Assembly (NCBI GenBank): GCA_963693365.1
Contig: CAVNZM010000014.1
Coordinates: 3,472,001-3,536,000, forward strand
Direction: 5' to 3'
DNA: 64,000 nucleotides
Origin: Amoebidium appalachense
Lineage: Eukaryota > Protista > Ichthyosporea
Numbering within the stretch: the first letter of the stretch is position 1; each line of letters starts with the position of its first letter. Both the position numbers and the translations under genes were made by a program. The notes below the pieces were generated by a model that worked only from the letters and a program-made list of their open reading frames with translations, searched no databases and was not told the origin of the DNA. Positions 17,505 to 32,130 of the stretch are shown in pieces.

Positions 17505-18586
17505 GGGAGGCATCTGACCAAATAGTGATAACAGAGGGATTTCCGGATCCAATCAGTTTATATAGCTTTTGATAATCCGATTCCCGCCGGGGTCCAATCA
17601 ATTGATCACCCGCGCTGAGGCCAAAGTATGGCATATTTTTCTATCATGAAGCTTTTATCCCATTGCATACTAAGTATGACAACAAAACACTCAATAAGCA
17701 ATTTATTAACATGTTTTGGACAACAAAAAACTTTTCAATGTGATATAGGTTTTATTTTTGGCTGCATTTGTGTAAGAAATACATGATATATAGCATATAA
17801 TATATATTTAAGCCGTTTGTGCACGCTATAATTTTGCGCTAAAACCGATTTCTGTTGCCTTCCTCTCTCACCCCCCCCCCCCCCTGCTCCCCACCACACC
17901 CGCGCCTCGCCTGCCGTCAGCAAAAAAAATGGCAGTCTCACCTTCTATCCAACAGAGGCGTCCCCCCCGTCCCCCCCCTCCCCCCGTTTTCCCACTCTGC
18001 ATTCATTTTTGCGGCGTTTTGAATTTGCAAAAGCTCCCCCCCCCCCCCCCCCCCCCCCCCCCTCCCCCCCACCACAAAAAAAAAAATCGAACATGAATGT
18101 TTGCCTCTAATCGTGCATGGTCATTCACTGATCAAAAGCGATTTAGTCTCTCAATCGTAAATGCTCCCCAACTGAACGAAACGGAAAGTAAACGGGCCAA
18201 GGTCCCGAGCCCAGAATAGACTAGAATAGACTAGAATGACGGATCTCTCTCCGTGTATTCTCGAATGAGATCCCCACCCCCACCCCCCACCCCCTCCCCC
18301 TCCCCTGTTTCCCCTCTCCCTTTACACCCTCCCCCCCAACCCCAAACACCCCCCTTCCCCTCCTCCAATAAATAAAAAAAAGAGAGAGAGAACATGCAAT
18401 CTGGCAACCAGCCAATTTCTCTCAGTCCAAAAATCGTTTTTGGCAATTCCTCCCCCCCCCCCCCCCCCCCCTCTCTCGCCCCTCTCCCCCCCCCCCCCCC
18501 CCCCCCCCCCCCGCCCCGCCCCGGTTGCTTCCCCTCCGACTTCTGGTGCCACCACTGACCACCCACTCATCCACCCCCTCCCCCTC

Positions 18587-19300
<714 letters not shown>

Positions 19301-21037
19301 CACCAACACCACGAGCACGACCAACGTCATTCCACAATCCCCACAAACCACCTGCACCCCCTCCACACACTCGTACACCTAGTAAGTTTTTCCAATCTCC
19401 AAAGTAGTTGGGTGTACCAATATATACCCCCCTCCCCCCTCCCCCTCCCTCCCCTCCCCTTTGACCTCCTTCCAGCCAATCCCTCCCCCCTCCTGCCCCC
19501 CCTTCCCTTTAGCCCTCCTCCCCCCCCCCCCCCCCCCCCCCCCATAGCAGCCAACCTCACCCCCCCCTCCTCTCCTCTCTCCCCTCCTTCCCCCACACCC
19601 CCCTCGTTCACTTAGTCTTGAACACACACACACACGCAAGCACCCTGCATCCACAAAACCTCAACCCCTCCCTGAGAGCGTCGAATGAACGACTATGTCA
19701 AAATCATTCGCGATGGCATGTGTGGCGGCATTCTCCTTGTTTGTCGATTTTCCGGAAATGGACATACCATATATGTTAAAAACCAATCAGTGCCCCCATT
19801 TCAGTGCCCCATGTGACTGAATGGCGTGTCACGGTGTTTGACGTCAATATGACGTCAGATCGAGGAAGGCCGACATCGACCTTAAAAATCAAAACCAGGG
19901 TGTGAAATGGTGTTTTGGAAGGGGCATTTTTGGACAAGGTCATATAGTTACCTGACCAGCGTCCCGGAGGCGGTGGAGTTGACTTAATTAGGGGGACAAT
20001 TCAACGAGTTCCATGGAAAAACTCATAGAATTTAGCTTGTTTAGTAACATCTCTCGTGATTTTTGAGCATTTTTATGGCAAAACGGGGTCGACCACCATC
20101 GCGATCGCGACCAGCAAGCGCATTCCTTGGTTGGGCTTGAAATCGCAACCTGCATTCCAATCGTGGCCTACTGTACATGTACCATAACAAATCCACACTA
20201 CACTGTACTTTGAGATGCCATCGAATTTGATATTCAACCGCACTTTTCTTAATGATATGCAGATACTTACATCATATGACTGCGTTATATATGATTGATA
20301 TCTACCTAAGGTTCAGGTAGTACGTACGTCAGTAAGTAGAAGTTGATGGACTCGGCGGTTATGTATTGTAGCCAATCAGGACAGCGTGTGGTGTTCGAAT
20401 CATTTGGCCAGTTGCAGAAAATCTCAACTTGAGAATTTTGTTTGCCATTTTTGATACAAAAGAGCTGCCTTTTAGAATAAAGGGGTCCCTGCTTATAGTT
20501 ATTAGCATATATTTATACGTGTTTGACAGATCCGTGATCTCGTTTTTCATGGTATAATTATGCAGCCTCCGAGGGCGGCGGGCGTAGGCAGGAATTTCAT
20601 GTCGGCGATGCATAACTATCCGTAAAATGATCCGAGGTCGCAGAGCTCCCTACAACCCCAAAATCAAACTTTTTATATTTGGCACCAACCAGCAAGCTGA
20701 AGCTGACCCCAGCATCAGTGTCCAGCTGGTTATTTCAATATCACAGAACAAATCTGTCAGTGAACAGCGGGCTCCTTTATTGCCAAGGGAAAGACTAGCG
20801 CCTAGAGGCCATTCCGGATCCACTCCAGAGACTCAGAGAAAGGAGAGAAACTGCAACCTACCAATCAAAAGTCCTTGTCGCGCTATTATGGGGTTTACAC
20901 ACTTTTTATTGCGTGGACACTGCCGGAGGCCCAGCCACATTCGACGGCCTACTGCGTTTTCCAGCACAGCCAATCAAATGCAGCCAGTGACATATGTACA
21001 TGCTAGGCAACAATGAGCGTGACACCCCTATTACATA

Positions 21038-21764
21038 TTATGGGTAAGCAGAGGCTAGCATTGGTAGCTCCGAAAGAAAGTTAAGGCACCGGATCACAAT
21101 ATCATACTGTGCAGCATTAATAAGGTGATCTAGGATAGTCATCTTAAAACGGATATATTGAGGAAGAGAGGAAGAAAAGAGAATAAAACCGCCAATAACC
21201 TCCGGTTCTAATACATTAGCTAACAGGTTGCATTTATTTATAGATATGCAGCCGCGAGTAAACCGCCCCCCACACATATTACACATACGAGCAGGAGACG
21301 CCAGAAACCGATTACACCGCCAAGCCATAATCATCTTTGCGTTTTTACACCACACCACATTACGAATAAACGAATCTATGTATGAACGAGACTCTCTAAC
21401 CGTACTACCCGCCATATAGGCTACTAGTAGTTGGTGTTTTTGCGGTCCTAACACCCGAAGGGACTCAACACGTAGAGTAAAAAGATATCTATCAGCCATA
21501 GACTTGAAACTATTCATATTCACACTATGATCTAGCCGTACCTCCGGTGGGGTCGCCAGCCATTCAGTCCACATAACGCTCGGCAATGGGCAGAGACGAT
21601 GGGGAAGGGAAGAGGTAGAGGGGCGAGTCCGGCGGGGATGCGTGTAGCCGGAAGAGCGGGTGGTCCACTATTATGCACGAATCGGCCAACTCCCTGCACA
21701 TAGCGCAGGAAGAAAAGACAACCCAAAACAGAACAGATTTACAAAGCAGACAGGTCATCGTCAA
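21038..21764 (-). mobile_element. Degenerate 3' fragment of a non-LTR retrotransposon (LINE-like ORF2 C-terminus)
   Basis: Intronless complex ORF containing IMAWRCNRF...RMCNMCGGRFTRGC...C...TILDHLIN, resembling the Cys-rich C-terminus of fungal/protist LINE ORF2. An upstream frameshifted piece reads RLHASPPDSPLY. No RT motifs seen; family recognised from memory only. Confidence 0.45.
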
Positions 21765-22041
21765 ATACTAGTAAATTATAACAAATTACAATAATTAAAG
21801 AGATATATAGAGTGAAAAGAGCTACAAACGAACTTCAACGTTCAACAGAGATGACGAGGGTACTTCCTATTGATAACCAATGATATTTCGCGCTAGCTCT
21901 AGGCGAATTGATTGGTCTCTTCTGAGATTTCTGAATCCCTAAAACTCGTATTTGTCAGGCGTAAGACCAAATACTTCCAATGTTCCATTCCAGGGACGAA
22001 GTTTGTTTTACGCCTAGAAAATCATTTTACAGCCACCATGC

Positions 22042-25000
22042 TGTAAACAGTTGGACTAGTTAGGATAAGGCAGAGTACAACTGAATCAAAATAAAGACAG
22101 AGAACGGGTAGAAAGGCACACGCGGCCAGGTTGCTTTTACTATGGGCCGACTCAGTCTGTCTCAGACTTCACTGATGTGATCCCCGTACTGGGACGGCTT
22201 TCTTATATAGCCCCCAGGTTTCGGATCAAGGCCCAGGATTGGTTCATCCGCGGCCAGCGCGGGTGGCAACATGCCATTCGTGATTCTGGTGCGGTCCGAG
22301 CCAGTCAGACCTTTGTCCTATTTATGCAAACCTCTTATTGGTTCACTTCGTTTATGTGGTATGCAGCGGAAGAACCATATATGGTTCAATTCTTAGGTCA
22401 GAGTGAGTCCTATTGGTGCGGACATAATATTTATGTGATATTCATGACAAAGCACGAATCGTGTGCTAGTAGATCACATTCTTTAGTAAACATGTACAGT
22501 TCATGTGTACAGTTGTTTACACTCCCCCCCTTGTCGGGAGCCTGGTGGTGTCGTTAGACAAGCAAACCACCAGGCTGAGAGGCGATAAACAACCTTCAGC
22601 GAGAATTCTTGTGCGCCGAGCTGCTGGGCAGAACAGAGCAAGGATGGTTGAATAGTGAGAGTTGTGCACGTCTATGAGCACTTCTTCGTTTGCCAAAACG
22701 TAAATTCATGCAGCATTCTTCTGTGCTTTCATTTTCGTGGCGAAGATTGTTGCAGAGTGTTCGTGCGAATTGTTCGCTTCGTCTCTGTGCTTGGCTTTTT
22801 CTGTAGAAGTAATATTTTCCTTTTTGGGAATTTTTCCTTTTTAGGATACTCCCGCAGATTCGTTTTCAATTGCGAGTAATTTGGTTGTGTGGATGAATGA
22901 TCATACCAAGCATTCGATAATGAATATAACTCAAGCCTTAGGTCACTTCGTAGCTCAGGTAGTGGTGGATAGCTTCAAGGCTTAGCCGCTGCTCCTTATC
23001 CCGGTTCTACCTTAAGACTGTAAGGCGAGTCGCCATGGCCAGAAAAGCCACTTCTTTCATGAACAAATAGCACTTCTTTCCTTTCAGCTTTAACCCTGCA
23101 TCATCGGAGCTGGGAAAAACATGAATAAAAATGCCCCAAGTGTTCTTCGTTGGGCGACATAAAGAAATATATCAGCCCGTCAGAATTCGAACCAATAAAA
23201 ACCCGGTTCATAATTCATAAGAAGAGGGTAGGCAAAGCAAACCTTCTTCAGAAAACACATGCTTCCATTCGTGAGCAGTTTTCGTATCCCATTTGCCAGC
23301 CATTTTTCGTTGAGCAGGGGGATTCCAGGCATAATACATTCTTCTGGAGGCTTGGCCTAAAAAGAAAAGTCGTCAGAGTCGCCCTTTCTTTTGTAAGCAA
23401 CTTCGTGAGCGCGCTTCGTATCTTCATATCCTCCAGTGCAGGTCTGGATGGTGCCCCATCCTCTGCTTCATTTGTAGGTGGCCCTACTGTAGGTTCTGTT
23501 CGTTGTGTGGAATACCAAAACCATTCGTATTCGTGGAACTGCTTTGTGCTGTGCTTGCTTTCGTGTTGGTGTTCATGAAGTTACCCCATTCACACACCTA
23601 CTACTTTCATACATCAGACGTAAGTAGCTGCCTGGGGGGTGTGTGGTTCGTGTTCGTGGCATTCTTCTGTTCCTTCGTGAGAAGAATATTCGTTTTAGCA
23701 GAGGTGCCCAATAAGGCAGCTTGTGGGGTTGTCTCCCGCATGTGCCCATTGGTGGGGTATGCACGTGCTAAATTGTTACAGTGTCATCATATTGCAAGGG
23801 AATAACATGGTCACCTCCGTACCAGGGCCTAGGTACACATGATGGTCCGATGTGTTAGTCAACAACACCTTGCATTCGTATTCGTATTCGTCTTCCACGT
23901 CACTTTCTTCAGTAGTGAAGGAGGGTATTCGTAATTCGAAACTGAAAGGCTTCCAGCCAAAATACTGACACTGTATGCTGGGGTTGTGAGGGAACGGTGC
24001 CCATACCACATTCTTTTGTTCTGGTGGGGGTGTGCCGGCAGCTAGTGCAAGGCTTGACAGTGTAATTGGTATGTTACACAGTATTGCCACAGACGGGCAT
24101 TCACCTTAAAATTCGTACCCAACACCTTATTTGTTTTTCACATGCATGAACAAAAGTTCTGCATCGACTTTATTACATGCCTTTTGTGCACCAAGAGTGC
24201 AAATTCGTTAGGGCGTGGCACCAGGAAGGGCCGCCATACACGAGGCATATGTTCGTAATGTGTTTAGGCATGCCAGCATACATTCATGCGCATGTTGTGC
24301 ATCCTGTGCGCTAAACTATGGGGCATGCTGTATTCGAAAACAGCAAGAAATTCGAAGCATGCATGCAAAACTACTTTCACAGCACCTTATGTCCTACATG
24401 CTATAGGAACAGCGACTACTAGTATCTTCTTCTTTAAATGCATTCATGCTGAAAGTGGCCGTGCATCTGGCTTGCGAGTGTGGACGTGCATGCGGTGGCA
24501 TGGACACGATGGCAGTGTGCAATAGCGCAATGCACGCAAGGGCAACGGTTTTATTTTCTTCCTAACATAGAGGGGGCTGTGTGCATTGCAACCCAAGCAG
24601 TGTTGTGCATTCGTTCTTGCATTTTCGTATTTCCAGTTCATTTTGCTTTCGTTTTTCGTTTTTTTGTCGTTTGATAACTTCGTTACTTCGTTTTGTTTTC
24701 GTGTTGCATTCATTTCGTATTTCCTCTATGCATTCGTTTGTCGTTCATTCTTTATTTCATTGTGTATTCGTGATGGTTCGTTTTTCGTTGGTTCATTGCT
24801 TCGTTAGCAATTCTTTATTCGATTGTTCGTGTATTCGTTGTTTGAAAATTCGTTGTGTATTCGTTTTTCTTCACATTTTTGATGTGTCGTAGCAAAAGAA
24901 GTTTTACATGCTTTCAATTCTTTCCGTGTAGGTGGGCTGGCCACTTCAAACTTGTCGGTGTATATATTCTAAGCCGGACAAGGAAAGATGTGCCTATCAT

Positions 25001-25607
25001 CGGGGTAAAAAGGATTGTGATCGGCCATGGGAGATTCTTGAGCTGATTGAAAGATGTGAGATTCTTGAACTGATTGAAAGATGTGAGATTCGAAGGATGC
25101 GAGATTCTTGAACTGCGCGGTCGCCAATGTAAACAGTTGGACTAGTTAGGATAAGGCAGAGTACAACTGAATCAAAATAAAGACAGAGAACGGGTAGAAA
25201 GGCACACGCGGCCAGGTTGCTTTTACTATGGGCCGACTCAGTCTGTCTCAGACTTCACTGATGTGATCCCCGTACTGGGACGGCTTTCTTATATAGCCCC
25301 CAGGTTTCGGATCAAGGCCCAGGATTGGTTCATCCGCGGCCAGCGCGGGTGGCAACATGCCATTCGTGATTCTGGTGCGGTCCGAGCCAGTCAGACCTTT
25401 GTCCTATTTATGCAAACCTCTTATTGGTTCACTTCGTTTATGTGGTATGCAGCGGAAGAACCATATATGGTTCAATTCTTAGGTCAGAGTGAGTCCTATT
25501 GGTGCGGACATAATATTTATGTGATATTCATGACAAAGCACGAATCGTGTGCTAGTAGATCACATTCTTTAGTAAACATGTACAGTTCATGTGTACAGTT
25601 GTTTACA
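22042..25607 (-). mobile_element. Non-autonomous LTR retroelement, copy 1 (480-bp LTRs)
   Basis: LTRs 22042-22521 and 25128-25607 (TGTAAACA...TGTTTACA) appear identical. TSD CATGC on both sides. On the minus strand, PBS TGGCGACCGCG follows the 5' LTR and PPT AAGGGGGGGAG precedes the 3' LTR. The 2.6-kb interior lacks RT/RH/IN and keeps only decayed protease-end/dUTPase-like remnants (VLGTNF; VLLTNTSDHHVYLGPGTEV). Confidence 0.92.
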
Positions 25608-25883
25608 CATGCAGCACCACATTACTCTTTGTCCTGTCAGTAGTTAAAAAAAAATAGAAAATTTATCTAAATTCAGTCTTTTTTGGACGAGATTTCATTT
25701 TTACATCCACATTCGCGATGTTTATTCATGAAGTACCAATATAATTTGCATCGAAATTTCCAGCAATGACTGGGTTTGCTTGCATGCATTCTGTAGTTTT
25801 GTTTTCCTGTGTGTCCTGCCACAACTAGGCCACCTTATCAAAGAGTTAGAGACAGCTTCTGCGGGTTTTCTAGGGGACGGGCC

Positions 25884-28800
25884 TGTCGTATCCTAATGTA
25901 TGTGTACTAGAGACGCGGCACTCTACTAAGTGTACACACACGAAAAGGAACGAACGTGTACAGAAAAACGGTAAAGTTTATTAAGACCAGGCTCCGACGG
26001 GCAAACTTAGATCCGTACGGATTGAGTCTAAGTTACGACTGAGGCCATCAAGGCCGTGCCCTACAAGATCATCATCACCTGGCCCCCTACGATGCCACAT
26101 TCCATTAACATTCCGATCTACTTTTATCATGCGCCTGCACGAGCTAGGTCGATCTACTCAACTAATATATTTATCCAAGTCTCACCCCTCACCCTCCCCC
26201 TAGTGGCACCGCAGAGTCTAAATCTACATTTCATACTATCCTCCCCCCCCCTCCCTCCCCCCCTTTCCTCTACATCTACATATATAAATACGTTTGGCAA
26301 CATATACTATCAAACCTTGCCAATCCTTACAAAAGGGCTTCTGCCCGAACAATCACATTCCTAAGTCCTCCTACGATCTATCCTACACACTAATTAGAAT
26401 TCTATTGGACGGCTGTCCCGGCTGACGTGGTCCAATGCCCTGCGCCGGCAGAGGCAAGATGCACGCAGCTGTTCAGCTATCTTGAGGCCCCGGACTTGAT
26501 CTTGATGATCTGTGGACCCGGGCCACCCCCCCCCCCCCCCCCCCTGAACACCCCCCCCCCCCCCCCCCCCCCCCGATCTCGATCGTAGACTTAGGCTAAT
26601 CTGCTGAGACGGATTAGTATATGTCAACTCCCCCCCCCGGCCCCCCGGAAAAGCTGAGTCCCACCTCAGTCACATTACATCTAACACCCCCTAAAAAGAC
26701 ATAGACTAATCAGTCTCCTAAAAAAATTTAAATAAAATAAATTACGAAGAAAAATAATAAATTAATCTACACCATAAGCTTGATACCTACGGAGACACCT
26801 ATGATAATAAATTAAATTCCTACGACTACGTTCACACTCCTCCTCGGTCTCCTCCCCTCCCTCCCCCTCCCCCCGTGTGTCTACGTGTATTTGCATCACT
26901 CCCCCCCCTCGGCCCCCTCCCCCACCGACTTTTTCACACCACGATTAAACTGAGGAATAACTCTCTTTGGCCGAGAGGGAGCACTAGGCAACTCCCTCTG
27001 CACTAATCTAGCCTCATAAGCACGAATGGAAAACGGGCAATCCAAATGAAACTCAGGCAACCACTGATCTTCCTGATAACCTCCCTCAAAACGAATTAAA
27101 TAATAATTTACCTTACCTTCCTTACCTTCGATAACCTTTTTATCCATAATTTTATCTACTGCAGCCTCCGATACATCCACCGACCCGTCATAGTCGGGGG
27201 TGAATGCATCTAACACTCGACGGCCCTCCGGCCGTTTAACCCTAAGGGCCCTATCATAATATTCCTTTATATCATCTACATTATAAAATCTAACATCACT
27301 CTCATTATCTAACCTCTGCACCTTATATTCCGTCGGACCTAACCTAGCCACTATTTTATACGGGCCAATGAAAAGAGGCAACCATTTCTTACCATACTTA
27401 CGAAGACCTTCACCTTCACCCTTACCTTCCTGCTCCTGCTTATATCTCTTTTTCCTAGTATGATCCCTAATTAAAACTAGAGTACCCTCGGCAAATTCAC
27501 GTAACGGACGTGTGGACACGTCTGCACGTGTCTGTGCCTGCTGTGTACGGGCCAGAGCTGCATCACGTGCAGCCCGGGCCCGGGTTAGTAGCTGCTCCCG
27601 GAACTCAGTCCAGTGGGGATAAGTTAGTCGGTCAGCCCCCCCCATCGGCAAAAGTGCCGTATCTAACAAACTAATAGCCTCCTGCCCATAGACCAAATAA
27701 AACGGAGAAAAACCAGTCACAGCATGAGGGGTAGAATTATATGAATGAGCAATAAACCTAGACATATGATCCCAATCATTAGCCTCCACATCCACCATTT
27801 TGCCAAAGGACTTCTGAAACACTGCATGCACACGTTCAGAGATGGCATTTGCTTGAGGGTGATATGCAGACGTAGTGATATGGGCTACCCTTAAAATTTT
27901 ACACACCTCCGACACCAACTGATTTAAAAACACACGACTCCTATCCGTTAACAAAACACGAGGACAACCAAACCTAAGACAAATTTCATCCACAAAAATA
28001 CGAGCAAACAACACGGCATTAGCAGTGGGGAGAGGAAAAACTTCAACCCAACGAGTGGCCACATCGGTGACGGTAACAAGAACAGTGTTACCCTCAACCG
28101 TAGAATTAAAAGGACCGACCACATCCACTGCTACCCTTTCAAACATACAAACATTAAAATCCCTAATAAACGACGGGCGGGAACGAGAGTGGGGACTCTC
28201 ATTCCTTTCCTGACAATGCATGCATGACAACACATAATCCCTCACCTCCCTGCTCATACCCGGCCAAAAATACGAACGATTAACACGAAGCAACGTCCTA
28301 TTTACACCTAAATGACCAGCCATGGGATGCTCATGCACCATATGCAAAACCTCAGGCACAAGTGCCGTCGGGACCCAAACTCGGTGTCCGTCTGGCCCAG
28401 AACAATGATAGACTAAATCCTGCTCTACCTGACACATTTTTGCTAACTTAGCTACCTTAATCATCTGCCTTTTATTTTTAAATTTAATCGAATCAACCGG
28501 CCCCTTTAAATAATTCTTAACCAGACCAATCAACACATCTTCCTCCTGAGCTAAGATCAAAGCCGTAGGTGCTAAGGCAGGGGCCGAGCCATGAGACTCG
28601 GTCCCGACTTCAGACACTGACAAATACCTCCCTGTCCCCCCTCTCCTACACTTATAAGCAAGCAACCCCGGAACCCAAGAAGACACATCCACAGACACAG
28701 CATCTATTCCTTTCTGCTCACTCTCCCCCCCTTCCCCCCTCCCCCCCCCGTCTCTCACTATCCCCCCCCCTCCCCCTCCTTCTCTTCTTCAAACAAAATA

Positions 28801-31800
28801 TAAGCAGCACGAGAGAGAGCATCACAGTCAACCATTGTTTCACCCTTGGCATAAAACAATTTATAGGAGAACTCACCGAGAGCCGCGGCCCACTTCTGCA
28901 TCCTCTCGTTGACCAGACGAGTGGTGCCGGCCATGGCTAGGCAGGGCTTGTGGTCGGTGTAGACCTCAAACGTCCTGCCTGCGAGTATATACCTCCATGC
29001 CTGTGAGACTGCCCAAAAGATAGCATGGGACTCTCTCTCTGGATTGCTATATCTACGTTCACTTTTACTAAATGAACGACTAGCATAAGCAATCACCCTA
29101 TCCTGCCCCTCCTGCACTTGATATAACACGGCCCCCTCAGCAACCTTACTTGCATCACACCGAACTTTAAACATCCCCCCCCCGGCCGAAAAATCAGGAT
29201 GAACAAGCATACTCGAAGACTGCAAAGCTAACTTAAGCTTTTCGAAAGCAGAAACAGCATCAACATTCCAATCTATTCTATTCTTCTTCTCCCCCCCGTC
29301 TGACTAGTTAACGGCAAAGCAAGCATACTATAATCCTTAATATAACGACGAAGATAATTAGTTAAACCTAAAAATTGCCTTAGTTGAGTGACAGTCTGAG
29401 GACGGGGCCACTCAACTATGGCCCGGATTTTCTCCGGATCAGGGGAAAGACCATTACTAGACACAATATGACCTAAAAACTTAACCTCGGGCACACCAAT
29501 CACAGTCTTGCTACCGCTAATGCGAAGACCAGACTCACCCAAAGCTAAAAATACTTTTTCACAATTATTAACTAGCTCCTCAAATGACCTACCTTTAATT
29601 AAAACATCATCCAAATAAGGGTGGCATACATCCAAATGAGGGTGGAGAATTCTATACATTACCCGGCACAACATAGCTGGAGAGGAGAGCAAACCCATCG
29701 GCACCACCTTGTACTGGAACAGCTGGTCACCCAGTGCAAAGGCAGTCTTCTCCTTGCTGCTCTCCTCCAACCTTATCTGCCAAAAAGCTGCTTTTAAATC
29801 AAGTTTAGCAAAGTGAGTATAGCCGTGCAGCTGTGAAAGCTGCTCGTCTATGTTAGGGAGAGGCCATTGGTCTGCCTTAGTGATCCGATTCAGAGCCCTG
29901 TAATCGTTCACTAGACGCCAAGACCCGTCGGGCTTCTTAACCAATAGCACCGGACTTCTCCACGGACTCGAACTATGCTCCACATGACCCTTTTTTAACA
30001 TATCACTCACTATTATTAGCGCATCCGACAATTTATACTGCTCCATTCTATAGCTAGGCATCACTACCGGCCTATTATCACCTGTGTCGATCTGCATTTC
30101 AAACCCTTTAACGAAGCCTACTTCGTTATCATCGGCCAGAAATGCAAACCGAGTCCTATCAAATAACTTAGCTAGCAATTTTTTCTGTTCTACCGTCCAA
30201 CCCCCCTCCTTCATACCAAACGGCAATACTAACTCCGGGTTACCCCCATCACAAGTGGATGCATCCTTATTCACCGGAGTGCCACTTAACATTTCACCTC
30301 CTGTATTACATCGGTGCTGCTCGGGGTGAGGTTGAGGTACCTCCGGATATAGGCGGTCACCCTTAGCACCCCCCCCTCCCCCCGGCACACCAATGCCCCC
30401 GGGCAATTCCTGATGAGTTAGTGCATGTATGTGGGGGGCCAGGTCTGTGGCCACCCTGCCCCCCATGGTGTTGGTTAACCCGTCAGATCCACGGGTTAGA
30501 CCAACACCCTCCCCCCCTGCCTGCACATTCTCACACCCGGGGTGACCCTCCTTCCTCTTGGGGGTCGGGGGAGTGGGACCGGTGCTGTCCCGGTCCCCCC
30601 CCCCCATCGTGTCGGGTGACATTTTGGTGGCTAACGTTAAATAAAGTTGTTCCCCCTCCTCCTGAGTCACCCTTCGAGCCGGCATCCTCCTTTTGGGTAA
30701 TAAGAGAGACCTCTATACTACCAATCTCATTAGTGAAACTACCGACGGAAACACCTGACCTAATCACTATAGGCTCGATGCCCGGATTCACTAATTCTAT
30801 TTCTATTGTCTTATCCGGCCATACCCTACTAAGGGTCCATTGGGCCACCTCCTGAAATGGGGTTTTCGGAGTAAAAACCCCTAAATCCCCTATCCTAACA
30901 TGATTGCCGGCCCGGACACGTACCGTTTGGCACTGATAAGGCTCGATTACTACTTCAGCTACCGTTCTAGCACCAGACTGATAACCGTCGAGCCCATCAT
31001 GGGTTTTAATTTTAACGCCGGACTGCAATTCTAAAACATTCGTACGTTCAAACAAAGCATTCACATGTCTACGGAAAAATGGGGCTCCCAACAAAACACT
31101 TTGAGCTAAATCCTTAACCACATAACAAGCAATATGCATAGCCTGGCCACCTATCTCACACGGCAACACACAAACACCTTCCACAGACATACTACTATTA
31201 TTAGCACTACCTAAGGCTGTGCTAGAAGCATCTAAAATAGGAATTTCCCCCCCGGCCTGATTAAAACGACGAATAAAGGAAGCATGCACACAATTAACCT
31301 GAGCCCCTCCATCGAGCAAAGCAACAGCCTTCAACTTACCATCAGCTAACCATACGTCTATATAATGCCGGCTAAAACCAACTAAATCCTCCTCCAATTC
31401 AAGCAACACATCATCACTCACACCCAATCCCTGCCCACGAAGACTCACACCCTCGATACCTACGTGCAACATACCTACCTGTGGTGCCTGCACGGGTGGG
31501 GTGGGGTGTGTGTGTATGGTGGGTGGGTGGGTGGTGTGTGTGTGTTGGGTGTATGTGTGGGTGTGTGTGTGGGTGTAGGTGTGTCTGCAACCGTCGTATG
31601 TTGTTGTGGTGGTGTGTTTCTACGTGTCTGTGCCTTCCCCCCCTTCCCCCTTTACTCGTGTGTGTCCCCCCCCCTCCCGGGAACAATGGCACAGAAACCC
31701 CCTCCGGTGTGGTTAGAACAAACACCGGGTTGGGACAAGAAACACTGAGACCATCCACTTGTGGCTGGGGAACCTCCCCCAACCACAAAACATTCACACC

Positions 31801-32094
31801 CTTCATACCTTTGGTAGAGTCACCCCACAAACATTCATGCCATACCACCTCGACGCTGTCTTGAGGACCCACGACGATGCCCCTCGTCGAACTGCTGCTG
31901 CTGTCCGCTACGTCCACCACGCCCACGACCGCTGGTGTTTGAGTGTAAACTAAAAGCTGTTGTGTTTCTGGCGTCTATAGCTAGTGTGTGAACCTGTGGT
32001 ATCTGTGTGTGCAGGGAGCTATCCTCCGCTGCCAATGCGTAGAACATATCTACGTTGAACTTAGCCATTGTGTGGTGTGTGCCCGAACTCGTGT

Positions 32095-32130
<36 letters not shown>

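Noticed and set aside
22177-22557. 126-aa ORF repeated at 25263 and 38171, with partial copies at 33818 and 34612
   Set aside because: Lies inside the 480-bp LTR, antisense to the element; recurrence only reflects LTR copies.
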